Assembly: GCF_001194135.2 (NCBI RefSeq)
Contig: NC_068981.1
Span: 86,474,651 to 86,521,611 of the forward strand
Direction: 5' to 3'
Length of the DNA: 46,961 nucleotides
DNA from: Octopus bimaculoides
Lineage: Eukaryota
Positions 1 through 11,364 of this stretch are shown here, in pieces. The notes beneath the pieces were generated by a model, which worked only from the letters and a program-made list of their open reading frames with translations, had not been told where the DNA came from and made no database searches. Position 1 is the first letter of the stretch, and every line of letters starts with the position of its first letter. Both the position numbers and the translations under genes were made by a program.

Positions 1-415
1 CGTAAATCCGCGAGTATAGTCCGCCCTTGAGTATAATACGCAAGGGATTTTTAGGTGGCTGTACCTCTGAAAAACCTAAACCTTGTGTATAATACGCACC
101 CCTTCTCTAACTTGAGTCAAGGAGGTCTATATAACATCCTTGGTTTGTAAACATATATACAGTAACGTCCTTTATTATTATTGTATATATAACAATGCAA
201 ACATGTAGCTTTTTGTGCACTTTGCAGAAAATAAAGAAATAACAGTAATAACATCAGTGAAAAATAAATATTAAGTAAATTGCCTTTACATATTTATCAC
301 TTAGAAAATTTTGCTTAGAAAATATTTTTCATTTTTAACCTCTTATAGCACGCACTAGAAATTTTGACCTTTAAATTTTGGGAAAAATGTGCGGATTATA
401 CTCGAGGATTTACGG
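1..415. mobile_element. Tc1/mariner-superfamily (Tc2/pogo-like) MITE
   Basis: Window start CGTAAATCCGCGAGTATAGTCCGC is the reverse complement (2 mismatches) of GCGGATTATACTCGAGGATTTACG at 391-414. The element ends ...TACGG followed by TA (416-417). No coding capacity. The left end is cut by the window edge. Confidence 0.7.
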
Positions 416-479
416 TATATATCTATATATGTGATGGTGCTGGTGGCATTTAAAAATTGCCCTCTGTAAAATGTTTGTG

Positions 480-618
480 AAGGAAGGGCATCTAGCTATA
501 GAATCCATGCCAAAGCAGACATTGGAGCTTGACACAGTCTGTTGGCTTGCCAGCTCCTATTGAGTCACCCAACCCATGCTACCATGGAAAATAGATGTTA
601 AATAGTGATGATGATGAT
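480..618 (+). mobile_element. RTE-LINE 3' tail fragment ending in (GAT)n
   Basis: ggaagggcatc...caacccatgctaccatggaaaa...gttaaatagtgatgatgatga, homologous to 21830-21966. Confidence 0.7.
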
Positions 619-619
619 A

Positions 620-765
620 AGCTTCCATGCAGGTTTTATCTGCTAAATTTTGCTCAGAAAAGATTAGTCAGCAGAATATTCTTGCCAATGGTGGTGGCAT
701 GCAGTGGGCTCAAACCTGGAACCATGTAATTCCAATGCAAATTTCTTAACTCCATAGCCATGACT
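620..765 (-). mobile_element. SINE family D 5' fragment
   Basis: Reverse complement reads ggctatggagttaagaaatttgcatt...ggtttgagcccactgcatgccacc, similar to the heads at 10466 and 26038. Confidence 0.5.
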
Positions 766-882
766 GTAGCTATTGTTAATATATATTGTTATTGTTTGTA
801 TCTATTCTTAAACCAAGAAATAATCATGATTTCGTTTGTTGAATATTTTTGTTTATTTTATGATTTTCTCTTCTGTTTATAG

Positions 883-1116
883 ATTGTGGCTTTGGATTGC
901 GTAAGGACGACCCTACACAGCTAAGGGAGGTAATTTCATGTATTCAGCAGAAATCTAGCACTGTCAATATTGACCATTTTGAGGAACCAGGACGGATGCG
1001 GTTTATTCTTGATACTCTTCTGGCTGTTAAAAACAACAATGTTTGTAAAGGAGATCACCAAGAAAGACTTGAACTGTTACAGCGTTTTACAAAATTAGCC
1101 AAGCATTTAATTCGAA
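883..1116 (+). CDS. NOM1: NOM1 internal coding exon (end of MIF4G region); first exon visible in window
   Basis: Polypyrimidine tract and AG at 881-882; GTAATT donor at 1117. Translates CGFGLRKDDPTQLREVIS...RMRFILDTLLAVKNNN...LIR, matching the recalled NOM1/Sgd1 motif 'GFxLRKDD...R.RFMLETM.ALKNN'. Phase 1 at both ends. Confidence 0.92.
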
Positions 1117-1159
1117 GTAATTAACTACTTTTATTATTTGAATTAATTATAATTAATTG

Positions 1160-1880
1160 TAGCATAATCATTAGTGTATTAGACAAAATACTTTGTAGCA
1201 TTTCTTCTAACTATTTATATTCTGAGTTAAAATACTGCTGAGGTCGACTTTACCTTTCGTCCTTCCAGAGTCAATAAAACAAGTACCAATTGAATACTGG
1301 GGTCAATGTAATTGGTTAATCCCCACCCCTCAAAAAATTTTAGGCCTTGTGCCTACAATAGAAAGGATTATTTGAATTATTATTATTAATGGTGGCAAGC
1401 TGGCATAATCGCTAATGTGTTGAACAAAATGCTTGCTCACATTTCTTCTGACTCTCTATGTTCTGAGTTCAAATATCACTGATGTCGACTTTTCATCCTT
1501 TTAGGGCTGATAAAATAAGTACTTGTCAACTACTTATAAAATAAGTACTTGTCAAGTACTTATAAACTAAGTACTAGTTAAGTACAACTAACCTCTTCCT
1601 CCCTTTAAAATTCCTGGCCCTGTACCATTATTTGAATTATTATATGGCAGTGAGCTGGCAGAACCGTTAGTGCATCAAATGAAATGCTTGGTGACACTTC
1701 TTCTCACCCTTTATATGCTGAGCTCAAATCCTGCTGAGACCAACTTTTTATCCTTTCGGAGTTGATAAAATGAGTACCAGTTGAACACTGGTGTTGACAA
1801 GTTCTAGGGTCAATGTAATGACTATACCCCTTCACCTAAAATTGTTGGCCATGTGCCAAAATTTGAAACAGTTATTTGAG
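1160..1880 (+). mobile_element. Three consecutive copies of tRNA-headed SINE family A (~1160-1370, ~1390-1635, ~1645-1880)
   Basis: Each copy has gagctggcagaa...aaaatgctt...ctgagttcaaat (B-box-like)...gtcgacttt...ttcatcc...ataaaataagtaccagttga...ggggtcaatgtaat...ggccttgtgcc. Confidence 0.8.
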
Positions 1881-1902
1881 TTATAATCAGTTACCTGTTA
1901 CT

Positions 1903-2278
1903 TGTTGCTGGCACTCCGTTGCTTACGATGTCGAGGGTTCCAGTTGATCCGATCGACGGAACAGCCTGCTTGTGAAATTAACGTGCAAGTGGCTGAGCAC
2001 TCCACAGACACGTGTACCCTTAACGTAGTTCTCGGGGATATTCAGCGTGACACAGCTGACCCTTTCAATTACAGGCACAACAGAAACAGGAAGTAAGAGT
2101 GAGAGAAAGTTGTGGTGAAAGAGTACAGCAGGATTCGCCACCATCCCCTGCTGGAGCCTTGTAGAGCTTTAGGTGTTTTCGCTCAATAAACACTCACAAC
2201 GCCCGGTCTGGGAATCGAAACCACGATCCTATGACCGCGAGTCCGCTGCCCTAACCACTGGGCCATTGCGCCTCCACA
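1903..2278 (-). mobile_element. Full-length tRNA-derived SINE family B with 10-bp TSD
   Basis: The head reads TGGAGGCGCAATGGCCCAGTGGTTAGG (A box)...GGTTTCGATTCC (B box) and the tail is (CAA)n. Flanked by ACCTGTTACT at 1893-1902 and 2279-2288. Confidence 0.9.
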
Positions 2279-2560
2279 ACCTGTTACTGCATTATACTAA
2301 AAGGTGTGATTTATTATCATTATTCTTAGATGGTTGTGGATGATAAAATATGAGAACCAAAGTAAGCTTCATCTATTTATGCTTTTGTAATTAACAAGGT
2401 AAAAATCTAACATAACATATATATTGCATAATGGTAAATATAAAACCTAAGTAGATGTCTGTAGTATTTTAATAATTTATTAACAAATAGATATTAGTTA
2501 TCATAGAATATATCATATTTATCTCTGATGATTCTACTGCTGTTAGAATAGACTATATAT

Positions 2561-2778
2561 TTAACTCTTTAATGTTTAAACTGGCCAAATTATTCTACTT
2601 GTTTTATGCTCAAACTGGCCAGATCTGGCCTCTCACACCTACCTTGTAATGTCATTTTTAAAATGGATAACCACATCATTGATATCTCAAAGTTACAAGA
2701 TAATGTGAGATTAATTCAAAACAATGTGAATAAATAAGCATTACATTTGACAAAATAATCTGAATGCTAAAGGGTTTA
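2561..2778 (-). mobile_element. piggyBac-like MITE (copy 1)
   Basis: Ends TTAACTCTTTAATG... and ...GAATGCTAAAGGGTTTA (imperfect TIR, TTAA-like flanks). Same family as 13934-14139, in the opposite orientation. Confidence 0.55.
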
Positions 2779-3129
2779 TAAATTGTTACAGGATATTATT
2801 GTGGCAACAGTTTATATTGAACCCAAATTATTGAAAGGAAATTGTTTGTTCAATGATGATTTCTAGCTTCAGTAAAAAAAACCACACAATTTAGGAGAAG
2901 AGTAACAAATGATTGAATTAAACTAGTACATATTTTATCAACACCAACTGGCAGAATTTTATTTCCAAGACAAAGGGAGAAGACTGAAAACCTTAACCCA
3001 TTTAACCTCTCGCCATATCAAGTTGAAGTGTTGGTAAAATGTGGAGGAAGTGTAAAAAGGAATTTAATCTGATAATATAAGTGTTGGTGAAGTGTATAAA
3101 TTTTAAGCTAGAAATTCAGGTGACTTCTA

Positions 3130-3640
3130 GATTTTACACAGAAACACTGAACCATTACCTTGTTTTATATGATTTCATCTGGCACAAAAGGAAGTGTCTT
3201 TGATCTTTCAGGCCCTCCATAACTGGTGAGATAGCTATCTTAAGTATCTGAATGTCGACATCTGTAGAAAATTTTAGAAGGTTGATATTTTGCAGTAGAA
3301 GAATTGGTAATTGTGGTTAGTGCAAAATTGGTGGAGTACAGGTGACAAGAGGAAGAATAGATGTGCTGGGGGGATATGCAGTTCTAGTTTGTTCTGAGAA
3401 GGTGGCAGAGTATTAGTGAGCTAGAGGTTGTTGTGTTCTCATCATTGAATCTTTGGAAATCAATTGAATAGCTTTCTCTTAAATGTTGTCTAGGACATTT
3501 ATATGTTTAACAGTAGTGTTATCCCTGATGTAGGAGATGTACAGTATTCCATTGTGTCTTCCTTGATTTTGATTATATAAATGTACATTTTCTTGAATTT
3601 TTTTGTCCTACAGTTTTCATTTATACTTGGGTAGCTTCTA
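3130..3640 (-). mobile_element. Decayed CR1/Jockey-like LINE 3' RT fragment
   Basis: The minus strand gives broken peptides (...INVLDNI*EKAIQLI...QQPLAH) that parallel the fragment at 30690-31130. Confidence 0.5.
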
Positions 3641-4130
3641 ACTGACTTTATTGTAGCCATCAATATCTAAACTTAACTAAACTTTTAATTTTCTGCTTCA
3701 CATATTATTTCAGTTCCTGAGTATTAAGACTCTTGACAAATAATCTAAAGGTCATGTAGAAAGATCATCTTACCACAACAAACAAAAAAGGAAACAAATG
3801 AACAAAACAGCAATAACTATGTAAAATTGGTTGAATAGTTAAGAAAAGATGCTGTTTACATTTCATAACCGAGTGGTTAATAATGGGAAGATTGCACAGC
3901 TATAATGTTCTTAGTCCTACCACTTACATAAATATCCTTTCAATCTCACTAACTGGATCAGCTTTATCAACTTAAACTTCTAAATTTTAAGTTATCTTCA
4001 GTTTGATAGATTATAAATTATACTTTCTCTTACTAAGGAAGAGTTAAAAATCAAATTATTAAAGCAACATATTTTTGGAATTTATGAAATTTATTGTATA
4101 TATATATTTATATTGTTTGTTTTTCATTAG

Positions 4131-4250
4131 ACAAATCTATTGGTGATAACCAACTGCGAGTGACTCTGAGTGATTTACAAAATGCAGATACAAAAGGTCG
4201 GTGGTGGATAGTTGGATCTGCATGGTCTGGAGAAACAGAAGATTCAAAAA
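4131..4250 (+). CDS. NOM1: NOM1 coding exon
   Basis: ttttcattAG acceptor and GTGAGT donor at 4251. Encodes KSIGDNQLRVTLSDLQNADTKGRWWIVGSAWSGETEDSK; GRWWIVGSAW is characteristic of NOM1. 120 nt, phase 1-1. Confidence 0.95.
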
Positions 4251-4399
4251 GTGAGTATATATTTGACATATGTCCTATTGTAAACCAGATGTTTGTTTGT
4301 GTCTGTATCATCATCACCATCATTTTACTCTTACTTTACAAGCTGGAATAGGTTGAATGATTTGACAAGGATCTGATGGGTTGAAGTACCATATTGTGA

Positions 4400-5250
4400 A
4401 ATCTTTCATAGATTCAGCTTTAAGAATAAAATGATCAGCATATAGGAGTTCCCATGGACAGCCAGTCTTCAATTCTTCTGTTATAGTTTGAAGGACTATA
4501 AAATAGGAGAGGGATGAGGACTGCGTGCTGATAGACCCCTAACTGCATACTAAATTTATTACTGTACTCCTTGTTTGCTTTCACCTGCTGACTGCATCTT
4601 TGTAACTAGCTTGTACAACCAAAATCAACTATTCATCTACTCCTAGCTTCCTTAGTATCCACAAGATGGCAGAGCAAAGGACACTGTTAAAGACGCTGTA
4701 TAGAGGCTTACTCCTGCAGTTTTCTCATTGTGAAGCTGGCATCAGTGATATCTCTTCATAGTACAAAACTAAACTTCATCTTATCTAGTCTAATTTTATT
4801 CCTAATTACTTTTTGCTATGACTCTTTGTAACTTGGATGACTTGGTCCAACAGTTTATTCCTCAGTAATTTTCCTTCTCTAGAACATTTCCTTTGCCTTT
4901 TTAATAGCTTACAATAATGCTGCTACACTTTCTTGCAATTTTGGAAACTTCTGTTTCTCAGCCTCAAGCCAGAGAGCATATACAAATTTTTTTCTTTTCA
5001 TCTCTGCCCTTGCAATGTATAATTACTATGTAGCTACCCTACTTGTTATTTGATATCTTCCCTTGCTTCCCACTTTTTTCAGTCTCCCCAAGTCTTGCTT
5101 CACGTATCTGGTTTGTGATCTTCAACAGATTGTCCCATAGAAATTTACCCTATAAGTCTATACACTATAAGTCCCTATCTCCTCTTTTCTCTTATCAATG
5201 CTTAATTGCCTATTTATTCATTAATCCTCACATGGTTTTAAATATGGAAA
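4400..5250 (-). mobile_element. Decayed RTE-clade LINE reverse transcriptase fragment
   Basis: The minus strand reads QLGVYQHAVLIPLLF / IVLQTITEELKTGCPWELLYADHFILKAES, matching RTE 'GVHQGSVLSPLLF...PWELLYADD'. Contains frameshifts and stops. Confidence 0.8.
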
Positions 5251-5959
5251 AATTAACCAAAATTTTGAAAGCTGAAGATCAGCATAATGTAGTCCTGGTC
5301 AGTTAAATATGACTTTTCTTCTTTTAGCCACAACACACAAAAATATATACACTAAAATCTTTTTCTGTATAAAAGACTCAAAGTAACATGTGATCCCTTT
5401 TTTTTTTCTTGCAGTCTCCTTTTCAATTGTGTTAGATATATGTCAAATTTATCTTATGAATATGTATACCAATATATTTTCAGTTAAACTATAATACGAA
5501 AGCATTTATTCTGAAAAAACAAATCTTCATGCTTTTATTTTTGTGCATATAAATACATAGAATAAATCTACTTCTGTTTTCTCTGAAAAGTTAAACTTGT
5601 TTTAATTACACTAAAAAATGTATAGGTATATATATAAAAAGTTCAGTACATTTTCAGTCTTTTCTCAATATATTTCACACATCACACACACATCATCATC
5701 ATCATCATACAGTTAATTCCACCACTATCATCATAAGGATAATACCAATTGTAATGATAGTAATTAATTATTATGATAATAGTAATAATAATGATAATAA
5801 CACTGACCCGAATACTTGACTGGTACTTATATTGTCAACCCCGTAAAGAATATGAACTCAGAATGTAAAGCTGGACAAAATGCTGTTAAGTATTCCATCT
5901 AGTGTGCTAATGATTCTGGTAGCTTGTTGCATTAATAATGGTAATACTAATGACAATAG

Positions 5960-6176
5960 TATTGGCTGAATCATTTGCATGCTGGGCAAAATGCTTAGCA
6001 GCATTTCGTCCGTCTTTATGTTCTGAGTTCAAATTCTGCCATGGTTGACTTAACTTTTCATCCCTTTGGAGTTGATAAAATAAGAACCAGTTGAGAATTG
6101 GGGTTGATGTAATTGACTTAACCCCCTCCTCCAAAATTGTTGGCCTTGTATCAAAATTTGAAACCAATAATAATGA
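5960..6176 (+). mobile_element. SINE family A copy
   Basis: Same blocks as 1390-1880 (ctgagttcaaattctgcc...gttgataaaataagaaccagttgag...aaaatttgaaacca). Confidence 0.8.
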
Positions 6177-6249
6177 CAATAATTACAATAATAATACAGA
6201 TAATGCTGATATTAACTGTAATAATAGTATAAGTAATAACTATCATAGA

Positions 6250-6420
6250 TATTCTTTTACTTGTTTGTCATTAGACTGCAGCCATGCTGGAGCACCTCCT
6301 TTAGTTGAACAAATTGACCTCAGGACTTATTCTTTGTAAGCCTAGTACTTATTCTATCAGACTCTGTTGCCGAACCGCTAAGTTACAGGGACATAAACAC
6401 ACCAATATCAGTTGATGTAA
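6250..6420 (-). mobile_element. SINE 3' tail (type shared with 19400-19570 and 42640-42810)
   Basis: tattcttttacttgtttgtcatt...gactgcagccatgctggagcacc...agtacttattctatc...gccgaaccgctaagtta recurs at ~33720 and ~42645. Confidence 0.65.
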
Positions 6421-6659
6421 ACACACCAATTCATATAATAACAACAACAATATATGAGAATAGTTGTAATGATAGTCATGGCAATAGCTACAATTGTTGA
6501 AATAGCAAATTATGATAACAAATAGAATCACTTTGGAACACTTGGGGGACTAAGTGATGTTTATATCTCCAGCACAAGTTATGATAATGTAAGTGTTGAT
6601 GGAGTGGATAATGCATGTAACAATTCTACTGGTTATGGCTGTGTACAGTTATGTAACCT

Positions 6660-6930
6660 GTAATATTCCCTTCCTGATGTTAACTAGATTGTGTAATTGT
6701 AAGAAGAAATTCGAATGTCCACTTGGAAAAAAATGCTTGACATTGTATATAAATGTAATGTTAAAACTAATCTACATACTTTCACTTGTGTAGGTTCTGT
6801 TTCTTCTGTTTTTAAATCGAAAATATTTCATCAACTTCATACATTTCAAAGGAGAGATAATGCAAAAACAACATCACTCTCCATGAAGGTTTGGGGTTGG
6901 ACAAAAACATTGATTTTCGTCTTATGTCAG
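6660..6930 (+). mobile_element. Penelope-like element GIY-YIG endonuclease remnant
   Basis: Two overlapping frames join as LCNCKKKFECPLGKKCL / DIVYKCNVKTNLHTFTCVGSVSSVFKSKIFHQLHTFQ...TTSLSMKVW, matching the PLE pattern CNC..K..CPL...CL...IVY......YIG....FK.R...H..SF....T.LSK..W. Confidence 0.72.
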
Positions 6931-7175
6931 TGATAGATGTAGTTGCAATCGCTGCTGTTTGGAATTGCTAGAAATTTTAAAATGTACAGGCCAAATAATT
7001 AATAGATCAGATAAATTAAGGATCAAATGTCCACATTCTATCCATTGAACTTTTTTATACTTTAAACTGATTCTATATAGTTTTCCTCAAGTGCTAGATA
7101 TGTGTCTATAATCCTATGATATAGACCTTAATTACTATTGATAAGATTCATGGATTATATTTAGGTAGCCTAGCA

Positions 7176-7444
7176 CAGTGCTTCTCAAACTAACAGATGT
7201 GGTGTACCGGCAGTTTTTTTCCAATGTGCCAGGGACCAGTAATATTTCTTAGTAATGTTAATTTATACTGGAAACAATATATATAATGAATATAATAAAA
7301 GTTGACAATTTTTTTTATCTTTATTTATTTTGTAAACAAATAATACAATATTACATAAGTATTTTATAATGTTTCTTTCTTTCTTGGAAACTCGCCACGT
7401 ACTGGCAGCTGATGGCTCACAGACCACCACTTTGAGTAGCACTG
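7176..7444. mobile_element. hAT (Charlie/MER5-like) MITE with 8-bp TSD
   Basis: TIRs CAGTGCTTCTCAAA and TTTGAGTAGCACTG (1 mismatch). Perfect TSD GCCTAGCA at 7168-7175 and 7445-7452. Confidence 0.9.
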
Positions 7445-7547
7445 GCCTAGCACGTCTTAATGCTGTTATATATATAACTGATCATATTTAAACCTACCCT
7501 TAGTTCTAATGACAAAAAAAAGTAGTGACTGACATTTCATATAAATC

Positions 7548-7722
7548 TAGAGGCATTTCGTCTGTCTTCAGGTTCTGAGTTCAAATTGCGCCAAGGTTGA
7601 CTTTGCCTTTCATCCTTTTGGGATTGATAAAATAAGTACCAGTTGAGTACCGGGGTCAATGCAGTTGACTTACCCCCTCCCTGAAATTGCTGGCCTTGTG
7701 TAAAAATTTGAAGTCAATATTC
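7548..7722 (+). mobile_element. SINE family A copy (5' truncated)
   Basis: ggcatttcgtctgtc...ctgagttcaaattgcgcc...gataaaataagtaccagttgag...aaaaatttgaa. Confidence 0.8.
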
Positions 7723-8354
7723 TATTAGTTCTGCAATAATTAATTGAAGCACTTTATTCAAGGTGAATTACGTAAATGAATAAGTAATACAGGAATTTAT
7801 TAACCATGTCACTCAATGTAATAAACAATAAAACAATATAATACAGTAAATGGTTTGGCACCTGCTATCTACCAGTATAGAAGCTTGTTTTGCCATTAGC
7901 AGTCTTTGTGAATGAAATTACTAAATTTATTGACATCTTTAGAATAGAATTGCTTGTAACTGTTTTTTAATTGACAACTTTATGATTGAGAGATTGTAGT
8001 CATATCCATTTTACATTTCTTAAATCTTAGTAGTTCTGATTACAAATTTCACTTGATACCCGTGCCAGACAGATATTAAACAATGGTGATGATGATGTTC
8101 TGTTACTTAAACATGTTATTGCTCAGTTGTTTATTTGATAAACCTGACGAGTTGAGACTTAGGTAACATATGACATAATCGTATGGATATTGTGCATACT
8201 GCATACCTGACTGTACCATGTTTATGTCACAATAAAGACTCATACTGAAACTACAATAAAGATTCATAATGAAACCAGATAATCCATTTGTCTATTTTTA
8301 TGACATATATATATCATCCTCATCATCATCGTTTAACGTCTGCTTTCCATGCTA

Positions 8355-8439
8355 NNNNNNNNNNNNNNNNNNNNNNNNNNNNNNNNNNNNNNNNNNNNNN
8401 NNNNNNNNNNNNNNNNNNNNNNNNNNNNNNNNNNNNNNN
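8355..8439. other. Assembly gap (further gaps at 9467-9740, 15656-16104, 28986-28995, 37903-38482, 42089-42298)
   Basis: Runs of N, nearly all abutting microsatellites or RTE tails. Confidence 1.
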
Positions 8440-8477
<38 letters not shown>

Positions 8478-8488
8478 GTATACAGATA

Positions 8489-9352
8489 CGAGATATAATC
8501 AATAAGTATCTGGACTGGTGCTATAATAACAAAACTACAACACGTACCAATTTGGCATTTAATCTCCTTCAAAGTAGTCCACTTCAGAAGCCACACACTT
8601 AATCCGGTGTTGTTTCCATTGATGGAAGCATTCCAGGAACTTGTTTTCTGGGATAATCAGCAGCTGCCTCATCGCATTCACTTTGATTTCCTTGATATCC
8701 TGAACTCTCCCTTTCAAGCGGGGTTTGATTTTTGGAAAGAGGAAAAAGTCAGAAGGACAAGATCTGGAAAATACGGTAGCTGTTGGACCTGGGGAATGCT
8801 GTGCCGAGCCAAAAACTGCTGCACAAGCTGCGCTGAATGGGCAGTTGAATTGTCAACTGAAAGCAGTTTTGACACAAACTTGGCGGACACAAGTCTCATA
8901 GCCAAACCTTCAGTGATAATGGACTGAACTGAACTGTAACTAATTTGCACATCCTCTGATAACTCATGGGTGGTGATTCAACGATTTCCCCTCACAGCTG
9001 CATGCACATCTGCGATGTTTTTCTCAGTTCTGTTGGTTGAAGGTCTCCCAGAATGTTCGTCACTATCGACTTTTTTTCAGCTCATACACTTCTGCAACTT
9101 TGCATAGGCCTCTAAGCAGGTATCGACAAATTTTGGGCAAAATTTGGTGCAAATTCATGTTGAATGCGACAATCACACGTTATACACATTCCTTCTAAGC
9201 ACTGCTGTAAACAGCAGAAGTTATCTAGAACATTAAAACTTAGTGCACATGTACAGCAGAGTTCAAGGTCAATCTGTGCCAGGCAGCTTCACTCTGCTTG
9301 CTTTAGCTTTGTTACTATGGCAACAGTCTGGATACTTATTGATCAGACCACA
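8489..9352 (-). mobile_element. Internally deleted mariner (DD34D) transposon
   Basis: ~47-bp imperfect TIRs (TACGAGATATAATCAATAAGTATCTGGACT.. and ..AGTCTGGATACTTATTGATCAGACCACATA) with TA flanks. The minus strand encodes HSGRPSTN...R*ITTHELSEDVQISYSSVQSII...MRLVSAKFVSKLLS fused to DNSTAHS...PYFPDL(APSD). Confidence 0.88.
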
Positions 9353-10465
9353 TATATATAGCTACATAAGCATTAGACAAATACATTGTTAAAACTTGTC
9401 CCTTTCATGTTTTGTTCTTGTGCTCATTGCTTTCTTAGCATATATATATATATATATATATATATANNNNNNNNNNNNNNNNNNNNNNNNNNNNNNNNNN
9501 NNNNNNNNNNNNNNNNNNNNNNNNNNNNNNNNNNNNNNNNNNNNNNNNNNNNNNNNNNNNNNNNNNNNNNNNNNNNNNNNNNNNNNNNNNNNNNNNNNNN
9601 NNNNNNNNNNNNNNNNNNNNNNNNNNNNNNNNNNNNNNNNNNNNNNNNNNNNNNNNNNNNNNNNNNNNNNNNNNNNNNNNNNNNNNNNNNNNNNNNNNNN
9701 NNNNNNNNNNNNNNNNNNNNNNNNNNNNNNNNNNNNNNNNCATACATACATACATACATACATACATACATACATACATACATACATACATACATACATA
9801 CATACATACATACATACATACGTACATACATACATACAATGTTTTTATTGTACACTTAAAGCTACGCAATAATGTTTTAGTGATTTTTGAGGTTGGCTTC
9901 AATCTGATGTAAATAAGTCTCTGCTTGACCTCATAGCTGCTTAACTAGTTATGAGGTTTAACCTGCTAATAAAACTTTAACTATCATATTATTTCCCATT
10001 TTTTATTTACTAACATGCCTCTCCCTCTCCCCCTCTATATATAAAAGCTTATTCTACTTTTCAAGACTTTTCTTTTGCTTTTGAAAGGGCTTAGCCCTGA
10101 GTATATAGCATATTTTCACTTTGTAGTAGTGAATCATATTTTTATTCAACAGGTGCATTGGCTGTTTAAGGTCAAGTGCATTTGCAGTTGCCGTAGTAGT
10201 GCACCAGTACTATTAGTAACACAATACAAATTTGAACTTTCAACCAGTTGTTTAACACTTAACCTATTTTGTGCCAAACAACTACATACTGGTATAAAAA
10301 ATTTAGATGTCAATTTTTTCATTAGTTTTGGTCCTCCCTCACTATTCTGTTTGTTTTATTACATACATTATTTGGTTACAACAGTCATTACAGAACTAAT
10401 TAAGCTTCATACTCTTGTTTGTCTCTCTTGACTCAAGTTTCAAACATATTTGGTTAAATTTTGGA

Positions 10466-10880
10466 CCGGCATAGCAGTGAGGTAATGAAGTTTGCTTCCT
10501 AATCATGTTGAATTAGGTTTAATCGCACTGCATAGTACTTTGGGCAAGTGTCTTCTGCTATAGTTTGGGACCAACAAAAGCCTTGTGAGTATATGTGGTT
10601 GATGGAAACTGAAAGAAGCATTTGTATGTGTGTTCGTGTGTGTGTGTACTCCTGTTTAGACATGACATGATGGTTGTAAATGAGCATCATAAGCTAGGTT
10701 GTTCTTTTCTAGTCTTCTGTGAAAAACATGTCTAGCTATGGGAAAATAATACCTTGCTTGAAAAAGTAATGTTTGGTGACAGGAAGGGTAGCTGACTAGA
10801 AAATCTGCCTCAACAAATTTCATTCAACCCATACCAGCATGGAAAAGTAAATGCTATATGATGAAGATAATAGTCATGAT
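10466..10880 (+). mobile_element. SINE family D with RTE-type (GAT)n tail
   Basis: Head ggcatagcagtgaggtaatgaagtttgcttcc, core ttgggcaagtgtcttctgctatag...gccttgtgag...aaactgaaagaagc, tail aggaaggg...caacccataccagcatggaaaa. Confidence 0.7.
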
Positions 10881-11079
10881 AATGATGAATTTTTTACTGT
10901 AGAACATAGTTTTTTTTTATGCACAAACTATAGTTTCAATATTTACATACTTTTGTGGTAAGATTGATGTTAAGTTCTCAGCTGAGACCACAATGCAATT
11001 CACTTCCAAATTGAAATCATTTTGCTTCATTTAAGGCTATTAATGCCTTTGGAAAAATCGTGTATTATTCAAGCGAGAT

Positions 11080-11364
11080 CGTTTCCAGTGCTGCTGGACT
11101 GGCTCCAGTGCAGGTGGCATGTAAAATACACCATTTGAGCGTGGCCGTTGCCAGTACCGCCTGACTGGCCTTCGTGCCGGTGGCACGTAAAAGCACCCAC
11201 TACACTCTCGGAGTGGTTGGCGTTAGGAAGGGCATCCAACTGTAGAAACTCTGCCAAATCAGATTGGTGCCTGGTGTAGCCATCTGGTTCTCCAGTCCTC
11301 AGTCAAATTGTCCAACCCGTGCTAGCATGGAAAGTGGACATTAAACGATGATGATGATGATGAT
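11080..11364 (+). mobile_element. RTE-LINE 3' UTR fragment ending in (GAT)n
   Basis: Closely similar to 21690-21966, including the internal tandem unit and the ...gcatggaaagtggacattaaacgatgatgatg end. Confidence 0.85.
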
